A stretch of 63,076 bases of DNA, counting the filler, from Nanobdellati archaeon (GTDB lineage Archaea > Nanobdellota > Nanobdellia > Woesearchaeales > JAADFO01): NCBI GenBank assembly GCA_013152815.1. It is 4 parts of 4 records of this genome, joined end to end, with 100 filler letters (N's around TTAATTAATTAA, not from the genome) between each part and the next. Parts side by side here need not be neighbours in the genome. Positions count along the whole stretch, not along the records: positions 30,331 to 36,878 come from JAADFO010000034.1; positions 36,979 to 41,703 come from JAADFO010000036.1; 2 more parts are not named here. One strand, 5' to 3'. Under the pieces are notes generated by a model. That model saw only the letters and a program-made list of their open reading frames with translations, made no database searches and was not told the origin of the DNA. This document shows positions 30,333 to 39,716 of the stretch, piece by piece (position 1 is the first letter of the stretch; each line of letters opens with the position of its first letter). A program made the translations under genes and the position numbers.

Positions 30333-30650
30333 ACAAATAAAAGAAAACAAATAGGGATTTTAAAAGCCGTTGGAATAAAAAAAGAAATAATTCTAGGATC
30401 TTATGTTATGCAATCATTTATTTATGGGGTATTGGGAGTTATAATAGGCAATATCGTAATGCAGGGACTATTGGCTCTTTTAACGATGCACCCTTTAGCG
30501 ATGCCGATAGGGGATGTTGTGCCGATACTAACGACAGATAGGTTGATTATTACTTCAGTTACTTTAATTCTTGCTTCCATTGTTGCGGGGTTTTTCCCTT
30601 CTAAAAAAGCTGCTGATGACAATATTCTTGATGCAATATTTGGTGGATAA
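30333..30650 (+). CDS. FtsX/MacB-type ABC permease, C-terminal fragment
   Basis: In-frame KRKQIGILKAVG upstream of the ORF-track start; ends PSKKAA..ILDAI. Confidence 0.85.
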   Translation, partial: TNKRKQIGILKAVGIKKEIILGSYVMQSFIYGVLGVIIGNIVMQGLLALLTMHPLAMPIGDVVPILTTDRLIITSVTLILASIVAGFFPSKKAADDNILDAIFGG

Positions 30651-30652
30651 AA

Positions 30653-31363
30653 ATGCAAGAAAATAAGATATTAATCGATGCTAAGAATCTGGAAAGAGTT
30701 TACTTTAATGGAATCATAAAGACCTATGCTTTAAAGAACGTAAGCTTAAAAATTAAAGAGGGAGAATTTGTTGCAATAATGGGTCCTTCCGGAAGTGGAA
30801 AAAGCACTCTTTTACATCAGTTGGGGTTACTGGATATTCCTACAAAAGGAACAATAATTATTGATGAAGAAGATGTTGTTAACTTATCAGATGGAGAAAG
30901 AACCAGATTCAGACTTGAGAAATTGGGGTATGTATTTCAATCTTATAATCTGATTCCTGAATTGACAGCTCTTGAAAATGTTTATGTTACTCCCATGGCT
31001 AGAGGAATAAAAAAAGAAGATTATGTTAAAGCTGCAAAAGAGGTTCTTGAACAGGTAGGTCTTGGAGACAGGAGGGATCATTATCCTTCAGAACTTTCAG
31101 GTGGTCAGCAACAAAGGGTTAGTATCGGGAGAGCATTAGTTAATAAACCTAAAATTTTGTTTGCCGATGAACCGACTGCTAATCTGGATTCTGATTCATC
31201 TAATGAAATCGTTAAATTATTCAGAAAACTCAACAAAGAGTCTGGACAAACAGTTGTTATGGTAACTCATGAAGAGAATGAGGGTAAAAAAGCAGATAGG
31301 ATAATCTGGGTGAAAGATGGAGTATTAGATGCTGATAAAGAACAATTAAGGAATGCCCAATGA
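30653..31363 (+). CDS. ABC transporter ATP-binding protein (LolD/MacB-like)
   Basis: GPSGSGKST, LSGGQQQR, ADEPTANLD, MVTH. Confidence 0.95.
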   Translation: MQENKILIDAKNLERVYFNGIIKTYALKNVSLKIKEGEFVAIMGPSGSGKSTLLHQLGLLDIPTKGTIIIDEEDVVNLSDGERTRFRLEKLGYVFQSYNLIPELTALENVYVTPMARGIKKEDYVKAAKEVLEQVGLGDRRDHYPSELSGGQQQRVSIGRALVNKPKILFADEPTANLDSDSSNEIVKLFRKLNKESGQTVVMVTHEENEGKKADRIIWVKDGVLDADKEQLRNAQ

Positions 31364-31965
31364 ATTTAACAATAAAACACATAACAATTAATGTAGAAAT
31401 ACCTGAGGGTGTGGCAATAGGAGATCTTAGTAGGAGATATCCTAGAATCTTTTTTAGCATCACTAACGGTCACTGGATTTCCGAAGATGAAAGAATACTG
31501 TACATTACTTGTAAAGAATGGAAAGAAGAGTATTTTAATTTCTTAAAAAAACATAAAACTGTGATAACTATAAATCAAATAAGTAACATAATAAAGATAC
31601 ACATAAAATCTTTATTCTTAAAAAGATTTGAACAAAAAGAAATGACCATATTATACCCGACAAGATTAAAGAATGGGCAACACAAAATAGAATTTTTAAT
31701 AGACAAAGAACAATTAAACTCTTTAAAAAAAGGATTAAGAAATATGAACGTATTAAAAATTGCGGATTCATATAAGACTAAAGTTAATATTACATCCAGA
31801 CAAGAAGAGATATTATGGCAAGCATACAGCTTTGGATATTTCAAATATCCCAGAGAAATAACCTTGACAGATTTAGCAAAACTTCTTAAAATATCTAAAG
31901 CTACATTAAGTCAAACATTAAGGATTGTTGAAAATAAGGCTATAAAGATGTTGATTGAAAAATAA
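31360..31965 (+). CDS. Bat-type HTH_10 domain transcriptional regulator
   Basis: TSRQEEILWQAYSFGYFKYPREITLTDLAKLLKISKATLSQTLR. Confidence 0.88.
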   Translation: MNLTIKHITINVEIPEGVAIGDLSRRYPRIFFSITNGHWISEDERILYITCKEWKEEYFNFLKKHKTVITINQISNIIKIHIKSLFLKRFEQKEMTILYPTRLKNGQHKIEFLIDKEQLNSLKKGLRNMNVLKIADSYKTKVNITSRQEEILWQAYSFGYFKYPREITLTDLAKLLKISKATLSQTLRIVENKAIKMLIEK

Positions 31966-32277
31966 AAAAGCGAGTCGTTACTCTCACTCCGTTGTTGGCT
32001 TGCTACGCTCAAAAATCAGAGGTTTTTGGCGCACGAAGTCCTACTTCGTTGCATGCGAAGTATTCGCTTAAGCATGCTTGTCTTGAGCTGAATTGTCAAG
32101 TCCGAAGTTGTTTGTTATTCAGTTCACTAAATAGGCTCTAAAATGTCTGAAAAGCCAAATCATTGGGTTTTAGCTCTTTTCACTTCTCAGTTACTGAATA
32201 ACTGAATTCAGAAAAAGTGTTATTGTTACTGCTCAGTAACGAAACATTTATAAATGATTTGTGCAGGGCAACGAATC

Positions 32278-33238
32278 ATGTTGAACCTCTTACCTGATGG
32301 ACGAGCCGCTGCAGAGGTATTGGAAAATGAGCTCAAAGCAGATATGATGCTCGAAGAGCTCATCAAAGGATATTTTGTCCCTGCTCTGGAGAGCATCACT
32401 TCGCCGCAGACCTATCTTTGGCCTGCAGAGATGGATGATGGCATTCAAAGCGTTCCTCATCGATGAACGGAAGAAATGGTCGAATCTCAATATCATCTCG
32501 CGTGGAATTGAAATGGTCACCCGTTCAATGGATGCATATGATACAGACAATCCTCTTCATGCAGCCGGACGGCTCGCAGAACACGACCTTCGGGAACTCA
32601 ACGCTCCTGTACTGAGCAACCTTTCCCTGATGATAGACCATGCATCCTATCGGAAGGACCCCGAAGTTCGGAAGCTCCTCAAGGAATCTGCAGGAAATGC
32701 CTACATCATGAACCAGGCACTTGCCTATCTCGGGGATGATCTTGATCCCAGACACATCCCTTTTATCACGCCGGAGGATGTATCGCTCTACCTGCGCGGG
32801 TTGCTTCCTGAAGAGAACATCACCAACAACCTGCGAAGCCCTGTCAACGGCCTTGTCCATGCCACTGCCATCCAGATGATAAAGAACGCGAGGAAATATG
32901 CCAACACTCCGACGGTGACGGTCGACGGCGATTATGAGCTGATGAAATATGATGTGAAAGATACCGGAGATGGTGTGCATCGGTCTGTCAAAGACTTGCC
33001 TGGGATCTTCCACGGGCTCTCTGAGAAAGGGACCGGTCTTGGCCTGTCTTTCTCCCGGCTGCTTCTCGAAAAGCTAGGGGGCGGCCACATGGAAGTGGAG
33101 ACCATCGCAAAGGACGGGCAGTACTGCCATTATTCGACCACACGAAAGAACAGGAAGGCAGAGATAGACAAGGTCCGTCATCGGGACGGTTCAACCTTCA
33201 GGTCCATCTATGTCCGGCCCATCGACATTGCGCTATAA
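32278..33238 (+). pseudogene. Histidine kinase (HATPase_c), probably split by a frameshift near 32440
   Basis: H-box-like EHDLR, N-box KNARKYA, G1 DTGDG, G2 GTGLGL; the upstream ORF joins in frame if one G at 32440-32441 is removed. Confidence 0.6.
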
Positions 33239-34157
33239 CCTCGGTGGCATAGCTTCCTTTGGGAAGCCCGAAAGAGAGAACAACTTTCTTCTTTCCTTTA
33301 TTGAGTTCGTCGTCCTTTAATGCACCGATCTTCATGTCCTTGACGTCGATGTAGAGTCTCCTCTCAGCACCGTCGGTGGTCAGCTCAGGGATCTTCCGGA
33401 TGATGAAATCGGTCAACCTGATGCCCTCTTCTTGCAGGATGCTCCTGTAGATGGTCTCTATATCCTTGTCGACGAACTCTGTCGATATGCCGAGCAAGGG
33501 AACCAGACATTGTTCTTTTTCTCTCTTCGCAAGCTCTTTCGCAACCCTGTTCCAGAGGAACGATTGATAGGCGTGGATGTAGAGCAGGGCGATATCCTTC
33601 CGTAATCTCCTGATGGCCCCCACCGCATCCTTGGGGTGGTCAGCAAGATGGGCAGCCACCTCACGGTGCTGCACCGCCAACAGGTCTGCTGCCTCCTTCA
33701 GCCTGCCCTGGACGATCAGTCTCCCGATCTCCTGGTTGTTCCTGTGCATGCCGAAACGTTGCTCGCCGAAGGTGTTGAGGAACTGAGAAGGTTGCTCCGG
33801 CCGTTCCTGGATATCCCTGACCGTGATGATGAAGCGGTTTCCCTCCAGCATGCCGAGATTGATGCGGCAGTCTCCATGGCCAAGAAACTTCAGGCTATAA
33901 TGCTTATTCTTCAGGTCCTTCTTCGGTCCCCGCGAGATGGAGATGTGTTGGGTGGTGATGGCGTGCTTGTCCTTGATGCCTGCGACGTTGATGTACTTCT
34001 CCCTTATCCTGAGCTTCTCAGCCAGATCCTGCAGTGCTTCATGGAGCGTGATGTCCTGTTTCCTGAGCAGATAATACGCATAGGTGCCTTGCTTTTCCAG
34101 TGTAAGATCCATGACCTCTTCCACCACAAAATCTTCAGGGAGCTGCTTGATCCTCAT
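33198..34157 (-). CDS. truD: tRNA pseudouridine(13) synthase
   Basis: IKQLPEDFVVEE, AGIKDKHAITTQ, GNRF, FGEQRFG, AYQSFLWN, LPKGSYAT. Confidence 0.93.
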   Translation of the reverse strand: MRIKQLPEDFVVEEVMDLTLEKQGTYAYYLLRKQDITLHEALQDLAEKLRIREKYINVAGIKDKHAITTQHISISRGPKKDLKNKHYSLKFLGHGDCRINLGMLEGNRFIITVRDIQERPEQPSQFLNTFGEQRFGMHRNNQEIGRLIVQGRLKEAADLLAVQHREVAAHLADHPKDAVGAIRRLRKDIALLYIHAYQSFLWNRVAKELAKREKEQCLVPLLGISTEFVDKDIETIYRSILQEEGIRLTDFIIRKIPELTTDGAERRLYIDVKDMKIGALKDDELNKGKKKVVLSFGLPKGSYATEVIAQCRWAGHRWT

Positions 34158-34210
34158 GGGTCCGTGAAAATGGAGAAAGCTTTTAAAACCTTCCTGATTC
34201 AATATCGATC

Positions 34211-34357
34211 AGTGAGCCTGTGGCGCAGTCGTGGCAATGAGTGGCCGCTTTCCCTGACGGAGAAATCGGCCTTTGCGTCCATTGGGTACGCGGGGGTTTC
34301 GCTCTGCTCAAGCCCCCTTAAAAAACGAGCAGAATCAAGTGAGCCTGTGGCGCAGTC
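34211..34357 (+). repeat. 20-bp direct repeat of the tRNA-Arg 5' end bracketing a 107-bp structured spacer
   Basis: AGTGAGCCTGTGGCGCAGTC at 34211-34230 and 34338-34357. Confidence 0.9.
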
Positions 34358-34430
34358 TGGATAGCGCGGCTGCCTCCTATCCATCCGGAGAGCAAGCAGC
34401 AGGTCGGGGGTTCAAATCCTCCCAGGCTCG
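34341..34430 (+). tRNA. tRNA-Arg(CCT) with 15-nt intron at 37/38 (34380-34394)
   Basis: Acceptor GAGCCTG/CAGGCTC, D arm GCGC/GCGC, anticodon stem GCTGC/GCAGC, GGTTCAAATCC T loop; no encoded CCA. Confidence 0.88.
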
Positions 34431-34557
34431 GTATCGCAGATTGCGAGCCGTGCCAGCAAGCTTTGCTTGCTGTGCACTCCCCGGCTCGTCTTCTTCTCTC
34501 CTGTGGAAGACCCGGAAGACACCACCTTTTTATATCACGGTCCCTTCTCTTTTTTCT

Positions 34558-34788
34558 ATGAGATTCGTGGACCTGAAGACCGGGGCAGAAGAGTCGTTCC
34601 CTCTGAAGCCGAACATGACCTATATCATCACAAGGAATGCGATGGATAGCTTTATCATAGAACGCTACGACAGCAGGACAGGCGAACAGAACGGTCCGGG
34701 ACTCCTGATCTCTGCTTTCTGGAAAGATAATCCTCCTGGAATCGCTGGTCTTCTGAAAGCCTATGACCCTTCTTCGCAGGTGAACTGA
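34558..34788 (+). CDS. Hypothetical protein (76 aa)
   Basis: ATG downstream of TATA-like tttatat; plausible globular sequence; fills the gap before nnrE. Confidence 0.5.
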   Translation: MRFVDLKTGAEESFPLKPNMTYIITRNAMDSFIIERYDSRTGEQNGPGLLISAFWKDNPPGIAGLLKAYDPSSQVN

Positions 34789-34804
34789 GTCGTCCTCTGC
34801 GACG

Positions 34805-35563
34805 ATGAATCGGGAAAACCATTATAAACGATCCCTGCTGCGGGATCACATGCTCCCTGAGATCAGCGTCGACCAGATGATCGAGATAGACCGGCTGATG
34901 GTCGAAGAGTTCCACATCCCTCTTCTCTCCATGATGGATGCGGCCGGTGCGGCACTCGCAAGGCTCGCTCTTGACCTCCACCATCCGAAGAGGGTCACGA
35001 TCCTCGCAGGGAAAGGGAACAACGGCGGCGGCGGAATGGCTGCTGCCCGGCATCTTGATGCCGGGGATGTCAAGGTCACGGTCGTGACGTCGTCTCCTCT
35101 CGCTGAGATGAAGGATGCGCCACGTCATCAGCTCCGTCTGCTTGAGGGACATGGCGTTTCTGTGCTGCAGGATATCGATCAGGATACAGACCTGTTCATC
35201 GATGCGCTGCTCGGCTACAGCGCCAGAGGAGCTCCCCGTGGAAAGGCAGCAGAGCTCATCCGCAAAGCGAACCATTCAGGGAAGCCTGTCCTCTGTCTTG
35301 ATTATCCCTCTGGTCTTGACCCTCTTACCGGACTATGGCATGAGCCTTCCTTCAAAGAAAACGACGTGATGACCCTCGCTCTTCCAAAGATGCATCTTCT
35401 CGGCAATCCCGACATAGCGAGGCTCTTCCTGGGAGATATCGGTGTGCCCCTCAAGCTCTATGAGCAGATGGGACTTGTGGTCGACAATCCGTTTTCGTCA
35501 CTTGATTCTGCTACTTCTCCTGAGGGTGCTCTGGCCGGGCGTTTTGTTCGCCTAGATGGATGA
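34805..35563 (+). CDS. nnrE: NAD(P)H-hydrate epimerase (stand-alone YjeF_N)
   Basis: GKGNNGGGG, IDALLG, DYPSGLD, DIGVP; start may be ~34850. Confidence 0.88.
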   Translation: MNRENHYKRSLLRDHMLPEISVDQMIEIDRLMVEEFHIPLLSMMDAAGAALARLALDLHHPKRVTILAGKGNNGGGGMAAARHLDAGDVKVTVVTSSPLAEMKDAPRHQLRLLEGHGVSVLQDIDQDTDLFIDALLGYSARGAPRGKAAELIRKANHSGKPVLCLDYPSGLDPLTGLWHEPSFKENDVMTLALPKMHLLGNPDIARLFLGDIGVPLKLYEQMGLVVDNPFSSLDSATSPEGALAGRFVRLDG

Positions 35564-36875
35564 ACCGCATCCAAAGCCAGACCAGCGCGACAATCGCAGC
35601 CCCGAAGCTTCCCGCGACCAGGGCCCATGCGATGGCGAGGTACCCTTTCGAGAAGATGAGCACAAGCCCGTAGGCAAGGGGCAGGCCTATGAGGACCCTC
35701 ACCAGGTTGATGATGAGACCGGGCATGCCTCTCCCGAGCCCCTGCTTGATCCGGCTGACCATGATGGTGATGCCGATGAGGGGATAGTTGAGGATGTCGA
35801 TGCGGAGGTAGGGCGCGACCAACGCACCCAGTGTCGGTTCGTCCGAGAATATCTTCACCAGCAGGTCTGGAATGAAGAAGAAGAGCACAGCGAGGAGGGC
35901 TCCATAGCTGACAGCGATACGGAGGGCATACCAGGACACTTTCTTCAGCTGCTCTATCTTTTTTGCTCCCCAGAGCATGCCTACAAGGGTAAGTGTCGCC
36001 ACTGACATGGCGACGATGGGCAGCACTGCGATGCTGTCCAGTCTTGCCACGATCCCCAGGGCAGCCACGTGTTCTGTCGAAAAGGTCACCATGAGACGGT
36101 TGAGGAAGATGTTGTAGAGGGACATGAGCATCATCATCAGGGTCGACGGGAAACCGATGGCAAAGATCCTGCCGATGATGGCCATGTCAAAGGAGAATGC
36201 CTTCATCTCTATGTGAAGATAGGATCTCGTGTGCAGCCATCTGCTGTAGACGAGCAGGGCGGCCAGGTAGGAGATGAGGGTCGCGATGGCGGCACCTTCC
36301 ACACCCATGCCCAGCACATAGATGAAGATCGGATCGAGGAGCATATTGAGCAGCAGGGCCATGATCTGGACCTTCATGGCGGTCTTGGTCTCCCCCTGGG
36401 CGACGAAGATGTTGTTGATGATGGAACCGGGGAACATGAAGAGACCGGCGAAGAGGATTATCTGGAGATAGCCCCTGGCCATCATCAGGACGTCTCCTTC
36501 TGCTCCGAAGAGGATCAGCAGGTCCTTGAGGAAGATGCTTCCTATGAAAAGGGAAATGATGGCTATGATGATGCTCGCGAGGAGCCCGTGCATGGCCACG
36601 TTCTCTGCTTCGCTCGTCTGCTTCGCTCCCAGATGCTTCGATATCAACGCATTCATCCCGGTCCCTGTGCCGATGCTCAGGGCGATGATGATGAAGAAGA
36701 GCGGGAAGGCGAAGGTGAGCGCAGCTATGGCCCCTGGTCCGATGCGGCCGACCCAGGCAGTGTCCACTATGCCGTACATGGTCTGGACCAGCATGGAGAT
36801 GATGATGGGCCATGCAAGCGTAAGAAGCGCTTTTTTCGGTTCTTTGATGAACCCATTGATGCGGGCATTTTCCAT
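35511..36875 (-). CDS. MATE family efflux transporter
   Basis: LAWP..VDTAWVGRIG, LDPIFIYVLGMGVEGAAIAT; about 12 TM. Confidence 0.93.
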   Translation of the reverse strand: MENARINGFIKEPKKALLTLAWPIIISMLVQTMYGIVDTAWVGRIGPGAIAALTFAFPLFFIIIALSIGTGTGMNALISKHLGAKQTSEAENVAMHGLLASIIIAIISLFIGSIFLKDLLILFGAEGDVLMMARGYLQIILFAGLFMFPGSIINNIFVAQGETKTAMKVQIMALLLNMLLDPIFIYVLGMGVEGAAIATLISYLAALLVYSRWLHTRSYLHIEMKAFSFDMAIIGRIFAIGFPSTLMMMLMSLYNIFLNRLMVTFSTEHVAALGIVARLDSIAVLPIVAMSVATLTLVGMLWGAKKIEQLKKVSWYALRIAVSYGALLAVLFFFIPDLLVKIFSDEPTLGALVAPYLRIDILNYPLIGITIMVSRIKQGLGRGMPGLIINLVRVLIGLPLAYGLVLIFSKGYLAIAWALVAGSFGAAIVALVWLWMRFIHLGEQNARPEHPQEK

Positions 36876-36878
36876 CCT

Positions 36879-36978
36879 NNNNNNNNNNNNNNNNNNNNNN
36901 NNNNNNNNNNNNNNNNNNNNNNTTAATTAATTAANNNNNNNNNNNNNNNNNNNNNNNNNNNNNNNNNNNNNNNNNNNN
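36879..36978. other. Artificial contig linker
   Basis: N44-TTAATTAATTAA-N44. Confidence 0.98.
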
Positions 36979-36980
36979 AG

Positions 36981-37280
36981 CTGGGGGTTCCCTGCCTGAC
37001 GGCGAGGTTCAATACCGACAGGCCAGAGACGGTCATGGAAGCACATTCCAATATCCTGGTGCCGCCGGTCAATGCGAAGTTCTTCTCTGAAATCGTCCAT
37101 CACACGCTTAAGGATGTTCCCCTCGTTAAGCAGCTTTCCAGAGGAAAACGCCTCTATGGCCGCTATGTTGCCAGAAAAATCGTCAGGAAATTGCCTCCTG
37201 CATTGCAGCAGCCCTCCTATCCCTGGGCACACCACCGTCTCAAGCTCTTGAAAAAAGACGAAAGCTTTGAATATCTGTAA
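36981..37280 (+). CDS. wecB: UDP-N-acetylglucosamine 2-epimerase, C-terminal fragment
   Basis: In-frame LGVPCLTARFNTDRPETV..SNILV matches the WecB C-terminal motif. Confidence 0.75.
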   Translation: MGVPCLTARFNTDRPETVMEAHSNILVPPVNAKFFSEIVHHTLKDVPLVKQLSRGKRLYGRYVARKIVRKLPPALQQPSYPWAHHRLKLLKKDESFEYL

Positions 37281-37310
37281 TTATCCGGGGGGAGGAGAAC
37301 CCCTCTTTGA

Positions 37311-37348
37311 AATCAACAATCAACAATCAACAATCAACAATCAATCAA
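37311..37348 (+). repeat. AATCAAC heptamer tandem repeat (4 full copies plus partial)
   Basis: Read directly; sits just upstream of the 37363 start. Confidence 0.9.
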
Positions 37349-37362
37349 GAGGGATATGATAT

Positions 37363-38946
37363 ATGCAGGGCATGAAAACGAGAGATGTGATCGCATTGGC
37401 TGTCCTCTTTGTGGTGGGGCTCTATGTATGGTCCTTGCCTGTGCAGGACAACCCTTTGCCCTTCGGTGAGGGAGACGCTGCTCACCAGTACGGCAAGGCG
37501 GATTTTATGGCTTCATTCGACCATGTCGGTTTTGACAATCCTCCTTTTTTTTATCGGACCTGGTATGGCAGCCTACATCCTGGCGATGAATCCGCGCCCA
37601 TCTATCCACCTCTTTATTTCATCGATCTTGCCCTGGTCCAAGAGTTTGGTGGGGATCGTTTCATCCCGAAGAATCTTCTGCTCATCATCCTTTCTTCGAC
37701 ATTGGGGATTTTCGCTGTCTATTTCCTGACCCGGCAATGGTATGGTTTCTGGCCGGCTGTCCTGGCAGGATTTCTTATGATCTTTTCACGACGTGATTTT
37801 GTCTCCTTTCTCTTCGGACAGAGGACCATCCTCGCATCATTCGCCCTGGTTCCTCTCATCCTCTATTGCTATTACCAGTATACCGAGTCTTTTCTCAAGG
37901 ACCATCAGCATGCGAAGGATGCCTATCTCTACGTGATGGCCGCTCTTCTGGCTTTTTCAGGTCTCATCCATACGCAGGGCGCATTCGTCGCCGTCCTTAC
38001 CCTGGGCCTCTACTCTGCTTATCTTCTTTGGAAGGAGAAGAGCTTGCCCTTCTCCTGGAAGGCGATGGCTATCTCGATTCTTCTCTTCAGCATCATTTTC
38101 CTGCCCTTCGCCCCAGACCTCTTTTCCCAGACCCAGGCTCATCCCGGGACTTTTCATCTCCAGAGACTCTCCTCGCTCTTCAGATGGTATGAGCATCCCA
38201 CTCCACCGAGTCCTGCATTCATGTACACCTATGGCGGGGTCCACGGAGGATACTGGACGCTTCCCTTCCTGCTGTTGGGGATACTCTATCTTTTCCTGAA
38301 ACGACGCAACAACGATATGCTCATGTTCTTCTGGCTGCTGGCCTTGTATCTGGCACTTCATCTTGATGTGTTCGGGTTCTTCGGAGGACGGAACGATCGT
38401 TTCCTGAAGGGGGAAGCAGAGCTCTTTTATCCGCTCATCGCCATCGGTTTCATGAGCCTGCGCTCCTATATCAAGATAGGGAAGCGTATGAAAGCTTATC
38501 TCTCCTGGGGCCTTGCTCTGCTCTTCCTGGTCCTGGTCTTCTCTTTCAATGCTCCTCCTGTCGTCGATGCTGCCAAGGGTGCCTATCAGGGGATCATGAG
38601 GATAACCCCTGCTCAGCTGGAAGCTGCAGAGTGGATCGATGCCAACCTCCCGACCGAAGCAATGGTCTATTATATGCCCTCACGCGATGACCTGCCCGAC
38701 CAATACCGGGGGTGGATCTACCAGAAATGGAGATGGATGCAGATGCTGAGCCACCGTGCGTTCCATGATAGTCTTTCCGAGTACAACCGATCAGAATTCA
38801 CCCATCTGATCATCGACTTCTCGGATCTTGGAGCGATGGGACAGCAAGAACTTGTCAATGCATTGCGGGCTGCTTCAGATGAGCGCTTCAGCAACAAGAC
38901 CCTGCTTTACAGAAAGAACTTGATAGAGGTGTATGTCCTTGGTTGA
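37363..38946 (+). CDS. Multi-TM GT-C-like glycosyltransferase (putative)
   Basis: GEGD in the first loop, YPP motif, more than 10 TM, C-terminal AAEWIDANLP domain; glycosylation context. Confidence 0.65.
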   Translation: MQGMKTRDVIALAVLFVVGLYVWSLPVQDNPLPFGEGDAAHQYGKADFMASFDHVGFDNPPFFYRTWYGSLHPGDESAPIYPPLYFIDLALVQEFGGDRFIPKNLLLIILSSTLGIFAVYFLTRQWYGFWPAVLAGFLMIFSRRDFVSFLFGQRTILASFALVPLILYCYYQYTESFLKDHQHAKDAYLYVMAALLAFSGLIHTQGAFVAVLTLGLYSAYLLWKEKSLPFSWKAMAISILLFSIIFLPFAPDLFSQTQAHPGTFHLQRLSSLFRWYEHPTPPSPAFMYTYGGVHGGYWTLPFLLLGILYLFLKRRNNDMLMFFWLLALYLALHLDVFGFFGGRNDRFLKGEAELFYPLIAIGFMSLRSYIKIGKRMKAYLSWGLALLFLVLVFSFNAPPVVDAAKGAYQGIMRITPAQLEAAEWIDANLPTEAMVYYMPSRDDLPDQYRGWIYQKWRWMQMLSHRAFHDSLSEYNRSEFTHLIIDFSDLGAMGQQELVNALRAASDERFSNKTLLYRKNLIEVYVLG

Positions 38947-39277
38947 GGAAGACCTATCCCGCCGATTTCCCACGCCTGTTCCTGTCATCATATCAGCAGT
39001 CATGGCTGTCTTCCTCCTCTGGCTTTTTGGATGGTACGGCCTCTTGGGTTTCGTAGTCCTGCTGCTGCTCTATGTGATGCCGGGCTATACGCTTCTGGAC
39101 CTGTTGAAGCTTTCCCGCTCTGAGAAAGCGTTTCTGGCCTTTCCTCTGGGTCTTTTGTTGGTTTCCCTGGGGACGTTCTGGCTGAATCTGGTCATCGGTT
39201 CGATGCGATGGTCTGCGGTCATCACTGTGGTGATGATCATGACTGCAGGAATTCTCCTGAAGACGGTAAGAAGATAG
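38933..39277 (+). CDS. Small 4-TM membrane protein
   Basis: PGY..L..SEK..LAFPLG pattern; overlaps the upstream gene. Confidence 0.7.
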   Translation: MSLVEEDLSRRFPTPVPVIISAVMAVFLLWLFGWYGLLGFVVLLLLYVMPGYTLLDLLKLSRSEKAFLAFPLGLLLVSLGTFWLNLVIGSMRWSAVITVVMIMTAGILLKTVRR

Positions 39278-39287
39278 TTGCTTTCGT

Positions 39288-39716
39288 TCAGTTTCCTGGT
39301 CTGTTATTAACCGGAAACTTCCATAAGATACCTGCTCCCATGATGACAAAAAGCAGCGGCAGCCATAGGCCCATCTCTTTCCCATTGACCCCCAATAGTC
39401 CTAATGGATAAGATACAATAACAAAGAGGGCGGCACTCAGAGGAACCGCAGTGATGACCCTCTCGAGCAGGCTCAGGCCATGACTCCATCGGTAGAGCAG
39501 GACAAAACCGGGCAGGAAGAGCATCCAGAAAAGGCCTGCCACCACCTTAAGGATGACCAGAACAGACTCCTTGAGGAAGACGATCTTTGTGATGATGATC
39601 ATAGCGATCAGAATCAAGATGAGCAGCGGCAGTTCTTTCTGCAGCTGGGAAAAGGGGTTCACAATTATGCTGCTCTTTTCTTCCTCTGTCTTCTTGTGTT
39701 CAGAATTTTTGGTCAT
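39288..39716 (-). CDS. Small 4-TM membrane protein, paralogue-like to 38933-39277
   Basis: LPGF..LSLLERV..AVPLS pattern. Confidence 0.7.
   Translation of the reverse strand: MTKNSEHKKTEEEKSSIIVNPFSQLQKELPLLILILIAMIIITKIVFLKESVLVILKVVAGLFWMLFLPGFVLLYRWSHGLSLLERVITAVPLSAALFVIVSYPLGLLGVNGKEMGLWLPLLFVIMGAGILWKFPVNNRPGN

Noticed and set aside
34211..34357. CRISPR array or second tRNA
   Set aside because: Only two repeat copies, no cas genes, and the upstream copy lacks anticodon and T arms
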